Positions 13,301-27,700 are shown, counted from the stretch's first letter. The stretch: DNA of 64,000 nucleotides from Basidiobolus meristosporus CBS 931.73 (GCA_002104905.1 MCFE01000165.1:62001-126000), one strand, 5' to 3'. Notes: generated by a model from the sequence alone, not told the origin. Made by a program: numbers and translations.

Positions 13301-14400
13301 GATGGAAGCTCTATTGCCTATTGTCTATTGCCCTTATGTTTCTTGCCTGCATTTCAATACATAAGATACACAATGGACATGGTCATCTTAGAATTGAAGG
13401 AACCTATAGTCTTGTGAAAGCCAGAGCATGGTGGCCCTGAATGAAACAAGAAACTGAGAAGCTAGTGAATACATGCCCAAATTGCCAAATCAACCAAGGC
13501 CAATTGCAGAGAATTGCCAAACTCTTTCTCTTGGAGTCTGTAAGGCCATTTGAAAGATGGGGAATTGACTTTATTGGAAGACTGCCAACTACCAGGAAAT
13601 GCAACTGTTGGATCCTAGTAACAATGGACCATGCCACCAAATGGCCAGTTGTTAAAGCTGTACCTATAGCCAGTGAACAAGAAGTTGAAAGTTTCATCTA
13701 CCATGAGATCCTTATGAAATTGGATGCCCTGTAGAGATTCTATCTGTTAGAGGTGCAAACTTTATGGCAAAGACATTGGAAGCTTACCTGGAAATGCAGC
13801 AGATCAAACACTTGAAAACCTTGGCTTATCACCCCAAAACAAATGGAGTCACTGAACGGTTTAATGAATTATTTGGAAAAATGCTGACCAAAATATGCAA
13901 ATGGAGTTGACAGTAGATGGATGAGTATATAGACCAAGCACTCTTTGCATGCAGAGTTAGAGTACACAATACCACCCAGCAATTGCCATTTTACTTAGTG
14001 TATGGAAGTGAACTTAGGATTCCAGGAGATCTCACACAACCAAAGCTCACAGACACCTTAGAAGATGAACTCAGTCAGCCAAGTAGACACCAGCAACTGG
14101 AACATAGATGTCCAGAGGCACAGACCAAAGTATCTCAAAGTGCAGAAAAGATGAAGCAGAGATTTGATAAGACTATAGCACCAGAAGCATTGACAGTTGG
14201 GAACTCTCTATTGCTAAGAAACAACACTTGGAAGAAGTTTGAGCCACAATGAACAGGACCATTCAAGATCATCAGAGAATGTCCATTTGCAACTTACCAA
14301 CTAGTGGACAAACAAGGCAATATTTGGGAAGACTTAGTGCATAGGGACAAACTCAAGCTTGCAAGACTTGCTGATAATACTGAACCATCAAGATATTGAT
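10302..14400 (+). pseudogene. Gypsy gag-pol polyprotein, broken by stops/frameshifts
   Basis: Retrotrans_gag, CFNCHQQGHIAKYC, protease IDSGA, RT SPWGAPVLFVKKKDG..YLDD, RNase H CTDASDYAIG, integrase RWGIDFIG; gag, PR and RT pieces share one frame. Confidence 0.95.
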
Positions 14401-14451
14401 ATCACAAAAAAAGAGATTCAGGAGAACCCTCTCAACTTTGGTAGGGGAGAA

Positions 14452-14820
14452 TGTTATGATCTGCCGCTTAAATGTTTAAGTTAGATCAGTTTTTAGTCAA
14501 ATCAATTAGGTATAAGTGTAGCTTACCAGTATATTGTAATTATCTATCAAATCAGTGGCATTAGTCAGCAAATGAATCAGCAGATCCTTATCAGACAGAA
14601 GTAGATATACTAAGTAGGATTTTATTGGGTGATGATGATGCAATCAAATGAGTCATCAGCCACAGCCTACATTAGGAAATACAATTAGTCAGCAATTGAT
14701 CTGGCAAAATGCATATAAGGCACTGCTGGAATCTCAATAAAGATCAGTTCAAGTTTTAGTGAATACAATACTAGCTAAACTCCCTATTCCTCTCCAACTC
14801 TTATACCAAGACTTGTAACA
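14452..14820 (+). repeat. 3' LTR of Gypsy
   Basis: Direct repeat of 9876-10243. Confidence 0.95.
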
Positions 14821-15050
14821 AATTCAGTAGCAGTGAGAAATGTATAGCAGACTTGGACCATATAGGAGAAGACTGTCAGAAACTAGGATATTGCAGTTCA
14901 TAGAAAGCCAACAGATGGTGTGCTTAGAAGGAAGTAGAAGCTCTATAATAAGACATATAGTCACTTCATAGTGCAAGTAGTGCCTATATTTGTAAATCTA
15001 GAGAGATTCAGCACACTAGCAGGTAAATACCAAGGAAAGTCATATATAGA
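14821..15050 (+). pseudogene. PIF/Harbinger-type transposase relic, C-terminal part
   Basis: EKCIADLDHIG...HRKPTDGVLRRK*KLYNKTYSHFIVQVVPIFVNLERF resembles AD.GY.G...KKP.gg.L...qk..N...s..R..VE..F..lk.f. Confidence 0.6.
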
Positions 15051-16019
15051 AGAAAACTGCAGTGCAGATAAATAGTCATGATGCTTGCCAATGCACAGTG
15101 CATTTACACATGAAGACATCCACTGAGAGAAATGTGTCTGGAGCATTACTAAGAGTAAATAAAGCAAGAAAAGCACTGCTCTGAGCAACATAAGTACAAA
15201 TGAGTAAAATACTAGTAACTGTATCCTACCACCAGCATCATGGTGGAAATCAGAGTGCTAGATAGTGCTGTAGGGTGCCAAATTGATCTAGCAATGTAAG
15301 CATGCTGGCACTATATGGCACTATCCTACAGAGCAAGTCTAATGACAGAAAGTGTTATAATAGAGTTATAATACTTTGTTTTAAACTGCTTGCCCTGTGG
15401 GGAAGACAACTTTGATGCAATGCTGCAAAAGAAGAGAAAATAGACTGTAATGCTATTGCTACAAGCCTTTCAGCTCTAAAGCACTCAGACAGCATAGGAG
15501 GTATTACAAGGATCACAGCCAGTGTACTGCCACACATATCAGATTTGAGCATTCACCAGGCACAACTGTACAAGCAATATCTTACCAGCTACTTGTTACT
15601 TTGGTCATAGCACCTAGCCATATATGTCACCTTCCGCAACATGAGTCTGGGGAGTCTGTTAGGCTTACCCCAACCTTCTGAACATGGCCCACAGAGTGAT
15701 AGCCCTGAAGATAAGAGCTCACAGACAGATTGTGAGCCTATCTCCCCTTATGACAGTACAATGAATGAGCCTGACCAGTTCCCAATATGCAATGAGATTA
15801 TACCCATACAAAGAATATCAAGTATGTTCTATGGTGCCAAGTGAGCCCAGTAGTCTATCTACTGGTTAATGATGTGACAATGTTGCCACAGAAGTGAAGT
15901 GTTTCCATGGATATAAGTAATGGGGTATTGAAGACCTTCTGCTACTTTGTGCCAAAATCATTCCAGGATGCAACCCACCATGTTCATGGTACAAAAGGAA
16001 AACCAGGCTGCAGCTGGCA

Positions 16020-17450
16020 GCTTATGACCCAGATCCCATCCTATTACTAGCATGTGCTAATAGTTGCATAGCATTCTTATCAAAAATGCTACTATTGTAA
16101 GGTGCTTAACTTGTCAGGAATCCTCCACCATTGAATGAAATCATCACTGACACTCTAGAGATATCCCAGTAATACCCTCTCTAAAGAAGCTTGTGCTGAC
16201 CAACAAATATTGTGAACCTAGAAGTACTGCATGCAGTATCAGTCAAGCTCAAATATTTCTATTATATTTGAGGGAAAATATTACCAACAACCAAGAAGCA
16301 AGGGCCACTTTGAAGGTATATATGACCATGCATTTGTCTTAGGAGTTGATGAATTTTCATCAAACAAGTACTCTGCCAGTAGTTTCTGCTAGCCACTGAT
16401 TCTCATCAACCTGAATCTGTCACATATCTTGCAATATCATAATAGAAATTGGATGGTGATCTTACTGGTATCTGGGCCTTAAGCACCATCTAACCTGGAT
16501 AGCTACCTGTATACATTGCATATTGAATTTTATATGCTTTTCAGCAGGATACTACCAAAAGGTTATCATATCTCAGCACAAGTTATTATCTGCATTGATG
16601 ATACCCTGGCCAGTATTGCTGTCAAGTATGTGAGGTCAAGGGGATTTACTCTGTAACTCAAACTTATTACTATTATCCAAACACCTATACTAAAATCATC
16701 AGCTTCCCACAGAGAGAACATACAGAAGCCTGCATGCACTTGCAGTAAAGTTGGTAAGCTATAGACCATTGGCCTGAATATGGAATTAATTGGAACCCAG
16801 TGATACTCAAGATAGTGAGGATCTGTTGGAGCAAAAGCTTTCTACTAGTAGCAATGCATTTGCTTTTTGACAATATTGTTATACTAACAGTCAGGTTGCA
16901 CATGGGTCATCTCAAGCTAAATGAACCCTTCAAGATACCAGAGAAATGTTAAAGAATTGGCAAGATTTTACTGACTTTCTGCTACCTAAAGCACTGCTAA
17001 TGGGCTCCTATCAATATTGATATGCATATGAAACAATACAAATGCAAGGACTGGATGAGTGGGATATATATTTATTCAAGTGGCCTTCTGAAGCCATTTC
17101 TGACAGGAGTACATTGGAAGCACTTGAAGTTGTATGCCAACATTGTAGGAATAGTTACCCACAAAAAAAGCAACAACATCAACTTAATGCATCTGCAGCT
17201 TTTATGAAAGGCATTTGTGATGCTGCTTGAGCACTATAAAATAGGTTTAAAGCTGAATGTGTAGATCTCTGCCACTACTGTATCCATTCTTAATGCCATC
17301 TTGCTTTGTTTGGGGGAATATTGTACCTTGCTTCACCTTTTGGTAGTTTGCTATGGAGCAGATATGTGGGGAGATAGGAAGATGAGTCTAGATGCAGTAA
17401 CTACCATATCCCTATCTCATCAGGAATATTACCTCCAAGTCTGTAGTGGA
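16020..17450 (+). pseudogene. CACTA/EnSpm (Transposase_21/TnpD-like) transposase relic
   Basis: Frame-shifted motifs in the expected order: ACANSCIAF..C..C; IFEGKYY..GHF..DHAFVLGVDEF; PLILINLNL..N..SGP*APSNLDSYL; YKCKDW..YS..LL; W*FAMEQICGEIG. Confidence 0.8.
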
Positions 17451-17959
17451 TGTGATGAGCTGGCACATGGAGGACAGCCAGGAAGAGTTGGAAAATACTG
17501 AGGACAAATGTGCACATGGAGACACTTATGCCTGTGGCATTAAAGAGCTAAACAGCTGCAATGCATGGGCAACCAGTTAAGTAATGCAAAGTTGGGTTGA
17601 GGGTAAAAAGCAACCAGTTTTTATTAAAAAAGCTCTTTCAAAGTATACCAGGCTATTCTTGGTCGCAAGGTAGTTTCTATACCATTCAATATGGATTTCA
17701 CGCAAACAAGAGCGAGAGCACACCTACAAGTGGGACCAGAACATAGCAGGGAGAAGGAATGTACTGGCTAAATACCAAAAGGTTATTTGCAGATACTCAG
17801 AAGGTGTTCATTGTATAAGCAGTGGCAACTAAGCATATGTTTGAAAGATGTAAACATTTCCAGTAATACAAGGTATATGGCAACTTTGCAAGTATCACAC
17901 TAAAACGCTGTAAAGTTGAGGTAATAATGGTATATCAATTGCAGCAGGTGTGTGCGTTT

Positions 17960-18460
17960 GCAGAGGTTAGTAAGCAGGAGGCTATATTTTTCTGAATTGA
18001 ACTATATGCTGAATACTCAAGGTAGTAGTGGGTAAGCAAATGAAGAGGGGTCATTCTGTAGTGTAATATATGAATTGCGCAAGGGGAGGTAGAAAAAGAA
18101 ATACCATTTGGTAGATTACATGGTTGCATTATACAGGATTAGCTGTAGGCTGCCATACTGTCAAAATAATAGCATCTGAGGCTTGCAATGAGGCCATCAA
18201 ACCACCTTATAGCTTCTTGTTGTATAAGGCCATTGACTGTACTGATGGGTAAGACCCACTCAAATAGTTGCAGAGCACCCTAAGACTGTGACCAGGCCAT
18301 GCCACCCTTGGCAAAACACTGTACATACACTGTGATGTTTGTTACTTTATTTAGATATAAAACTAGCCATATGCTGTTGTGATCCTGCCATAAGATTGTG
18401 TAGATGGTAATTAATTCTAAGCTGCTGGCACTATAACAGACTAACTGCAGGATCCTGATG
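17960..18460 (-). repeat. CACTA subterminal region, inverted homolog of 28195-28650
   Basis: Reverse complement aligns over ~500 bp with 28195-28650 (e.g. gtatggcagcctacagcta, tttttctacctcccctt); GGATCC-like repeats. Confidence 0.7.
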
Positions 18461-18472
18461 GCTTAGGGTTAG

Positions 18473-20552
18473 GCAGTATTTTGCAAACCCCTTTGAACAG
18501 TTTTCTCCTCCATTGTCACTTTGTAGTACCTTCAATTTACACCCAGTTTGTGTTTCTGCCATGTTCTTGAAGTGCTTAAACATCTGTAAAGCTTTATCCT
18601 TTGCTTTGAGGAAGTACACCCATGTATATCTTGTTTTGTCATCACTAAATGTTATAAAGTATCACTTGGCTCCAAAGGACAGTGTTCTCATGGGGCCACA
18701 TATGTCTAAGTGTACAATAGCTAATATTTGGTGGTATTAATTCCTTCTGAGCTCTTGAAACATTGCCTAGCTTATTTGCAGATGAACATCCCCTACAATC
18801 ATTCAATTTGATCAGAATTGGGTATTTTAGGTCCAAGAAAAGCGGATTTTTCACCAATTGGCTCATTTTCTGTTCCCAAATGTATCCTAGCCTCCTATGC
18901 CACATCTCCCAGTTGGTTTCATCAGTTTCAGCAATGCTGACATACTCAGGAACAATGATCTTGCATTGTAACTTGTATATATTGTGATCTCTGACTCCCA
19001 AAACTAATTTATGTCCATTCTCACTTAATATTGAGCAGCTCATCTTAGTGAAAGCAAATTTCAGTCCCTGAGCAGTTGCTTTACTGACTGAAAGTAATTT
19101 TTTAGCTATTCCAGGTACACAGAGTACATCAGTGAGTCTTGCTGTTGTTGCCCCTGAGCTATTTCTCACATTTAGTTGTATAGACCCACCTGCAGTAGCT
19201 TCCAGAGCAGAGTTATCTCCCAGATAAACCGTTCTTATGGGAATAGTCTTTAGGTTGCTGAACCACTCCTTTATACCACCAATATGCTGTGAGGCTCCAG
19301 AGTCAATATACAATTCATTACTTTGGTTACTTGCACTCTGTTGAACAGTTGCAAATAACTGCTCATCAGTAGTTATATGGTTTGCCTGCTCTAGTTTCTA
19401 TTTTTTGTCTGCTTGTTTCTTCTTGCATTCTCTTGCCCAGTGTCCTGGCTTTTTGCAATAGTTGCAACAACCAGGTTTCTTTAGTTTGTTGCTTTCCCTT
19501 CTTTTCTGAGTGCCTTTCTGAACTGAATAAAGCATTATCTTCAGTTTTCTCTGCTTGATCATTACATCTGAGTTCTTCATGACAAAGTCTTCCTTTGACA
19601 GAGTCTAAAGTCAAATTGACTTCTCTGCTTTCAAAAGAAAGTATGAGTGGCTCATACTTGTCTGGTAGGCTGCAAAGCAGACAGAGTATCATCTCTCCAT
19701 CATCTACACCTGCATTAATACTGTATAGTTCTTCTGCAAGTGTCTCCATTCTGGTAATGAGTTGTAGCATGTCATCATCTGGCTTCTTCCTCATGTTGAA
19801 GAACTTTTGTTTTAAATAAAGCTTGCTTGATACTGACTTTGCTCTAAAGATCTTCTCTAAGGATTCCCTTGCTGCTTTGGCAGTATTTGAGGCATGAATC
19901 TGTCCAATGAAGGAGTCTTGCACACTGATGCATATGGCATTGAAGGCCTTTCTCTCCTTCTCTTGAGACTTCCTAATTCTGCTGCTGCTCCATTGGGCTC
20001 AATTTCTTTTCCTGTTACTATATTCCAAATCTTCCTTTCCTCAAGGTTGGTCAGCATCTTGATTCTCCAAAGCCTGTAGTTTGTTCCATCAAACCTCTCT
20101 TTTACAGGGAAGATGTTTGTGTTGTTTTGTTTGCTGGTAAAAGTCATCTTTAGAATAGATTAAGGCAATTGGGGCTCATAACCTGTTGCAATTTAAGAAG
20201 TGATTTGGATATAAGGAACTTATCAAGAAATAGTGATAATAGTTGAACTGTTGTTTATTAGTAAAGAAGCTCAGTATATATACCTTTGTAGAAGTAATAC
20301 AGCTGTAACATCAAGTAAGGAGGGTTTCTCAATATTCAGGACTGTTCTGTAACAGCTTCAGGGTTAGTACATAATAGTTAGTATTAGTACTAATTTGATC
20401 CTGACTATAGGGAAATAATGATAAGATCATAGATCTGAAGAAAGTGGCAAAGTTCAAGCTGTAAGTTAGTGCCTCAGTGACCAAGACTAGTCCAGAATTG
20501 TTAAGTAAATCTTTAGCTGCAGAATGATATCACATAGTCCAATATTTCAACA
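18473..20552 (-). mobile_element. 5' half of a Copia A element (LTR 20184-20552, PBS, gag, protease, partial integrase)
   Basis: LTR matches family A; PBS GGTTATGAGCCCC; ORFs 19366-19923 and 18645-19313 close to 3029-4561; truncated in integrase. Confidence 0.93.
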
Positions 20553-20934
20553 TAGTCTGTCTCATTGCTACCCAATCAGTTGCAGGTTAGTATACAACTT
20601 GTTCAATCCCTAAGATCAGGAAATTACATCAACAATAGGCAAACTCAGATATTTTATGGCAAATCATGCTACTTGTGTAGTGGCCAATGAGCCAATTAGG
20701 GGCTCACAGCTTCATGCTACTTTAGGAACAATTAATCACCAACATATTGTCCAATCAGAATGATGGTACCAAAATAGTAAGTATCAGTATAGTTTATAGT
20801 GTGGTATGCAATTATTTCTATTTACAATGAAGAAACATACCCAAATTTCAGATCTTACCCTCTGTAATGGTGGTATCCAAATGCACATGTGATACCAACA
20901 TTACAACTTGGCTCAATCATCCATGACAACCTTA

Positions 20935-23900
20935 TTGGCATAAGTGTCATGAAGCTATTGAAGTGATTGGGGGAACAAGTAGATTATGTGATGTTCACTT
21001 AATGATTTATTGGATGTAAGGTAGTATTTATACTTTTACATGATCTTGGCATAGCAAATATGCAAAATGTGCTTAGAAAGGTCCTAACAGCATGTGTACA
21101 AAGTCTGGAGTGGTCAGGACAAATTTGAGAATTTTCATGCTCTAGGTACCTGATATTTTAGTGAAAGTATTCTAAATATATCATGGCAAAGAATTTGGTC
21201 AGTGTTCTCCAAGATTTGTAGGTATTGATCTAAGTGACTAACATAGGTGAGTATTTAGGTGGAACTACAAACTTTTACAACACTCCCACACAGCTAAATG
21301 TTCACACTGACTAGTCCTAATTTTGACCTAACCTATTCAAGTTTGTCTTGAACTAATGGTATGGTGAATATATATACAATCATCTTATCTGTAGGACATT
21401 ATACTAAGTTAAACAAGTTATTGTCTATAGCCTCACATATGAAATGATGTCTAATATCTGTGTGCTTAATTCTAGTGTGAAGCATTGGATTTCCATTTCT
21501 TTGAATACATCCTTGATTACCTTAAAACTTCAATAGGCATTTTAGACATAGGCCTCAGTCTGTAAAATACTTTCTTAGCCACATTGCTTCTTGTGTAGCT
21601 TCACAGGTGGCAATATACTTTGCCTATGTGGTAGAAAGTGCCACAGTTGGCTGCTTTCTTGAATACTATGAAAATGCTCCTTCACAGTTAAGAAATATGT
21701 ATCTTGTGGTGGATCTTTTGTCTTCTAAATCTTGTCCCCAATCAGCATCAGAGTATCCTACAAGATCTGATTCTGATCTTTGATGGGTATACCTTACACA
21801 TATATCAGCAGTTCCCTTTAGGTATCTAAAAATCTGCTCAACTGCTTAAATATGCTCAAATCTATTGCACCAATTGTGCTGGCTGACAACTCCTACTGGA
21901 TATGTAATATCTGGATATGTTCCTATCATTATATACATCAGACTGCCAATCTTATACTGATAAGGAGAGTGCAGTCTTTTAGATGGCACCAAGATCTCTA
22001 GATTTGGTTGAGTTTTGACCAAGCTAAGGTTTGTCTTCATTGGGGTAGCTGCCAGTTTACAGCCTTACATTTGGTTCTTCTCTAGTATAACTTGAATATA
22101 CTTGAATTTGTTTGGGTTATAGTGTGAGACTTCCATTTCCGGGGAACTTTATCCCCAAGTATTAAATGACTTCTCTAAGATTGAACATTATGAAATCTTT
22201 GAACAGGCTGAATTTAGTCTCTCATAATGTTTCTTGGTTATTGGCAGCTGTAATATTACCATCAACATATAGAGCTAATAAAACTGAACTTGCTCCTTCT
22301 GGCTTAAAGTACATGCTATAGTCAGCAGTACTTCTTTGGAATCTCAAAGACTTCAAATTACAATCTATCTTGCAATTCCAGGCTGCAAGTGATTGCTTGA
22401 GTCTGTATAGAGATTGTTTATGCATGCAGACCAAATGGAGGTTGTCTTGGTCAGCAAACCCATAAGGCTGGTTCATATACCTGTCCTCAGCAAGTTCCCC
22501 ATTCAAAAATGCAATTTCTACATCTACTTAATATATAAAAAGCAAATATTTGGCTGCAATAGCCAATAAAAATATGATAGAATTAAACTTGGCTACTGGT
22601 GCAAAGGTCTTGGTAAAGTCAACTCCTTTTGTTTAAGTGCATCTTTTGGCCACAAGTCTTGCTTTATATCTTTTAACTGTATTGTCAGCCCTGTATTTTG
22701 TCTTGAAGACTTCTCTGCATCCAATTGATTTTTGGTTGAAATAGAATTTAACAAAGTCCTAAGTTTGATTTCCCATCAGGGCCTGATATTCCTTAGTCAT
22801 TGCAGATCTCCAAAACTATATCTTAGGGCTGTTGTGGGCCTCTTTTACAGTCTGGGGTTCATTAATATGGACTGAATAGTCATAGGCTAAGTTTTTACCC
22901 TCACTGGTGTAGTAGTTTAAGCTATTTCTGGTCTGATTGGAACTCTGGGCTTGTGATACTAGAATGATCTATTCTGGGATGACCCTTGGCACTGATTCAG
23001 GCCAAACCACAGTCTTAGAGCTTTCCAGAGTGAAAACTTTTATTGTGTTGCTCCAATTCATTCATGACTGCTGATGGACTTGAGATCAGGTTTGCATCAT
23101 CATCTGATATCATTATTTGTGAAAATTTCAGATTTTCATTAAAATTGTATATGTGAACCTGAGCAGCTTCTTTGCCTTGATATCATATGGACTGTTTGCT
23201 TCACTCACACCATAGTAGCCTAAAAATATGCCTTTTTCACCTTTTGGTTCAAATTATGACTGATTACTGGACAGTTCCTTGGCATATGCTGTACACCCAA
23301 ATATTCTTAGATATTGTGCACTTGGCCTATATCTATACCACGCTTCAAATGGAGTAGAGCTACAAAGTATTCTGTTACAACTCCTATTCTTCAGGTTTAT
23401 AGCTGTGACAACTAATTACACTTAAATATTATAGGATAATATTTGATCCTGAAATATAGATCTTGTCATATCAACTATTGGTCTGTTTACACATTCAGCT
23501 ACTACTCTTTGCTGTGAAGCTTATGGTACATTAGTTTCTTGCTTTGTCTCATGTATCATGCAGAAGTGGATGCAGAGTTTTGAGCAATATTCTCCACCAT
23601 TGTCTGATCATATTTGCTTGATTTTTTCACTAGCTTCTCCATCCATCATGGCTTTGAACTCCCTGGGCTTAGACTGAGTTTTTCCTCTCACTACATCAAG
23701 AAGAACCACATGTATCTGCTTAACCATTAATATAAGCTTTAAATATTTCATCCTACTAAAGGATAAACTTTGCATAGGTCTGCACAGATCTAAGTCCATT
23801 TAATCTAGTATTTTTTTGGTTTTGATTTACTCAGAGCTGTTTGATAGACCTCTAGTTTGTTTCCCATATATGTGGACTCCACAGTGCCCCAAATCATCTG

Positions 23901-24440
23901 GGGGAGCAGTTTTTACTCCAGATGTTAGCTGATCTTTGATCATTTTGTGTTGATAATCAAAACCGGGTCATTGTGAAATGATCTTGCTTACAGGTAGTAG
24001 GATCTTGTCTATTGCTGGTACATAGAGTATTTCTTTTAAGGTCAGTGTATGGCTTCCTTCACTGCTTCTAAGGTTTACTTGGATAGATCCTTCTGCCACT
24101 TCATCAGGTGTTCTATTGTCACCCATGAGAACTCTCTTGATATTGGGTACAAAGTTCATGTTGGTGTGAAAGTGTTGAGATGCTTCAGAGTCAATATACC
24201 ACATTGGAGAATTTTATTTATTGGTTACATTTAGTGCAAATATGAATAGTCTATCTGCAGCTGTTGCAGCATTTGCGTATTAAGGCATTTTCTGCTAACT
24301 TTCTAGTGTTTTGAAGCACTGGCTTGATTTTTGTCCTTTCCTTTTGCAGTAGTTAAAAACCAGGTTGCTATTGCTTTTAAAAGGTCTTGGGTATCCCCTT
24401 TGTTGGTCTTGGTTGCTATCAAAGCATTTTCTTTTTCCTT
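20935..24440 (-). mobile_element. Highly degenerate Copia B (3' LTR ~20935-21282, RH, RT, IN, PR, gag end)
   Basis: LTR tail and PPT resemble 32846-33205; WYIDSEASQH and RT/RH remnants. Confidence 0.85.
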
Positions 24441-24789
24441 GAAACACAAAATTTTCATAAAAATATGACATCAGATGATGACAAAAATTAGATCTCAAGT
24501 CCACCATCAATGAGGATTGAATCAGAGCAAAGCAACAGGAACCTTTCACTCCAGAGGACCCTACAACCATAAATTAGTCCAAATCAGTGCCCTAGAATAT
24601 CCCAGAAATGACCATTCCAGTCTCACAAACTAGGAGATCCAACCAGACCTGAAATAGCTCAAATTACTGTAACAATGAGTGTCCAGACTTAGCCTAAGCC
24701 TATTTAGTCCAAATTGATGAGCTGCAGACTGTAAAAGTGGCCAAAACAGTCCTGAGACAAAGCTTTGGAGATCTACAACAACAGAGTAT
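24441..24789 (+). mobile_element. Copia B fragment (IN-RT linker), opposite orientation to the left neighbour
   Basis: Matches 40740-41090. Confidence 0.75.
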
Positions 24790-27700
24790 TGTTATAAAGA
24801 TTTGTAATTCCACCTAAGTATTCACCTATCTTAGTCACTTGGATCTTTACCATCAAATCCTAGAAAATACTGACTAAACTCCTTGTTGGGATTTACTTGG
24901 AATGTTTTCACTAAAATACCATGTACCCAGAAAATGAAAATTCCCAAAGTCGTCCAAACAGCACCAAACTTCAGCGCCAAACTTTGCACATGTGTTCTTG
25001 AGACCATCCTTAACCAATTCTATATGCTTGTTATGCCAAGACCATGCTAAAGTATAAATACCACTTTTTCATTCAATGAACAATTAGGTGAAAACCACAT
25101 AATCTACTATTTCTCCCAAATCTCTTCCAACATCTCCAAGACACTTACAACAGAACTTTGGTTGCACCTCAGTTGCCAATTGTGTTGACCCTTACAAGCT
25201 CCTACACACTTGCTGCAATGTCTACCACTGCTATTACTACACTTTTCCCTCTGCTGAAAAGTTGGATGGATCTAACTACCAGGTGTGGAAGGTGAAGATA
25301 AAAATGCTACTACAAGAAAAAGACCTTTGGAATACTGTCATGGGAGAAGAATGCTCTCCCAAAAGTGTGGGAGAGAAAGCCTTAAGATACATGAAGAAAG
25401 AACAAAGTGCCTTTAACTGCACTTGCTTAAATGTAATAGACAAATTGCTAATTCAATGCTCAAGAGCAAAATTGGGAAAGAAAGCCTGAAAGGCATTTGA
25501 GGACACCTACTAGTCTTGTTCAGCTGCTAAGAAAAAGTATCTGAGAAGAAAACTCTTTACTTCAATGATGCCGGCAGGAGAAAAAATGAAAATCCTGCAG
25601 GTGGTTGATATGGAATCAGTGGGAGTAGAAACTACTGATGAGGATGTGATAGTAACCATCCTAAGTAGCCTGACAGACAGGTTGCAGGCCCTTGTATCAG
25701 CCTCAGAGTACAGAACTCAAAATTTGACCTTAAAGTACCTATATGGAAGGCTCTTGGATGAAGAATTAAGAAAATCAGGTGCCAATCAGAAGGAAGAAGG
25801 GAATGCTTTAATAAGTAATAATAACCAGCAAAGAAGATACCAAAGACCTTTTAAATGCAATACCAGTCTGTTTTACAACTACTACAAAAGGAAAGGTCAC
25901 ACATCAGACCAGTGCTTCAAAAAGAAAGATAGTTGACAGAAAAAGCCTCAATATTGAAATGCTGCAACAAGTGAAGCTAGACTACTCTTATCTGCACTGA
26001 ATACCACCACAAGCAAGGACTCTCAGACATGATACACTTACTCTGCAGCTTATCAACACTTTACACACCAAGAAGAATTTTTTACCCAATATCAAGAAAT
26101 TTGAATCAAGAAAGTTTTCATGGGCAACAATAGAACACTTGATGCAGTGAGAGAAGGAGCTATCCAAGCAAACCTGAGTAGCAGTGAAGGAAGCCATGCA
26201 CTGACCTTAAAGGAAGTATTCTATGTACCAGAAATAGCCAAGACCCCACTACCTCTAAGCAAAGCCACTGCAGAATGACTTCATTTCAGCTTTGACAATT
26301 CTGGATGCAGGATCACTGATCAATATGGTGAAGTAACACTAATGCTTTGGCACATCAATATTGATTATCTGAGCAAAACAATCAAAGATCAGCTAATTTC
26401 CAAAGTAAAATTGATCCCCCTGCTAGTTGGAGCCACTGTGAAGCCTGAAAAAGTGGAAAACAAGCCAGACAACCATTCAAGAGCTCTGCATTAGTTGAAA
26501 CTAAGAAAAAAGTAGATCCAACTGACTTAGATCTGTGTGGACATAGGTAAAACTTATTCTTGGGCAGGATGAAGTATGTAATCACTTTTATTGATGATTA
26601 AACAAGATACACAGGGGTCTTCTTCATTGTGAGAGAGGAAGAGCTCTGTCTAAGCTCAGAGAGTTGAAAGCTATGGTGGAGAAAGAAACTGGTGAAAAAT
26701 CAAGAAAAATGCTCTGAAAGTGGTGGAGAATATACCTGGAAACTCTTCATCCACTTCTGCAAAATTCATGAGATAATGCAAAAGACTACTGTACCATACT
26801 CCGCACAGCAAAATGAAGTGGCAGAATATGCAAACTGATCAATAAATGATATTGCAAGATCATAATCCATGATCAAGAATTATCCTATGATTTTGGGCCA
26901 AATCAGTTGCCCCAGCTATATACCTTAAAAATGGGAGTGATTACCAAATACTTTGTGATTCAACTCCTTATGAAGCAGGGTATGGATACAGACTAAGTGC
27001 AGAACATCTCAGAATTTATGGGTGTACAGCATATGCCAAGAAAATGCCTGGAAATCAATCAAAACTTGAGCCAAATACAGTTAAATACATGTTTTGGGCT
27101 ACTGCAATGAGAGTAAGGCATACAGACTTGATAATACCAATAGCAAAAAAGCTGATCAAGTCCAGGGATGTGTTGTCTGATGAAAACTCAAAATGCTGAC
27201 ATATAATTACATCAAAGGATGGCAAAAATTTGATTGCAAGTCCACCAATAGTCAGGATTGAGTCAGAGCAAAACAATGTGAGCTATGCCTATTCAGTCCA
27301 TATTGATGAGCCCCAGACTGTATAAGAGGCCCTAAATAGCCCTCAGACAATGCTTTGTAGATCTTCAATGACTGAGGAATATCAGGCCTGGATGGAAAAT
27401 CAAACATGGGACTTAGTCAAATTACCAATCAACCTAACATCAATTGGGTGCAGATGGGTCTTTAAGGCAAAATATAAGGCTGATGTTACAATTGAAAGAT
27501 ACTAAGCAAGACTTGTGGCTAAAGAATACTCCAAACAAAGGTCTTGACTAAACCAAGACCTTTGTACTAGTAGCCAAGTTTAATTCCATCAGATTAATAT
27601 TGGCTATTACAGTCAAATACAAGTTTTTTTTACATCAATTAGATTTAAAAACCTCACTCTTGACTAAAGGACTGAATGATGACATGTATATGGACCAGCC

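Larger units (their letters stand above)
9876..14820 (+). mobile_element. Full-length Ty3/Gypsy LTR retrotransposon (inactivated)
   Basis: LTRs 9876-10243 and 14452-14820; 4-bp TSD AATT (9872-9875 / 14821-14824); PBS TGGTAGCAG (tRNA-iMet 3' end); PPT GGTAGGGGAGAA; gag-PR-RT-RH-IN order. Confidence 0.97.

Noticed and set aside
14965-14973. TTCATAGTG as a CACTA right terminus
   Set aside because: 9-bp match inside the Harbinger-like frame, with no subterminal repeats or TSD support.
18463-18472. TTAGGGTTAG telomere-like seed at a Copia/CACTA junction
   Set aside because: Only 1.7 units and loosely alignable to the CACTA subterminal sequence at ~28178-28190; chance or divergence suffices.
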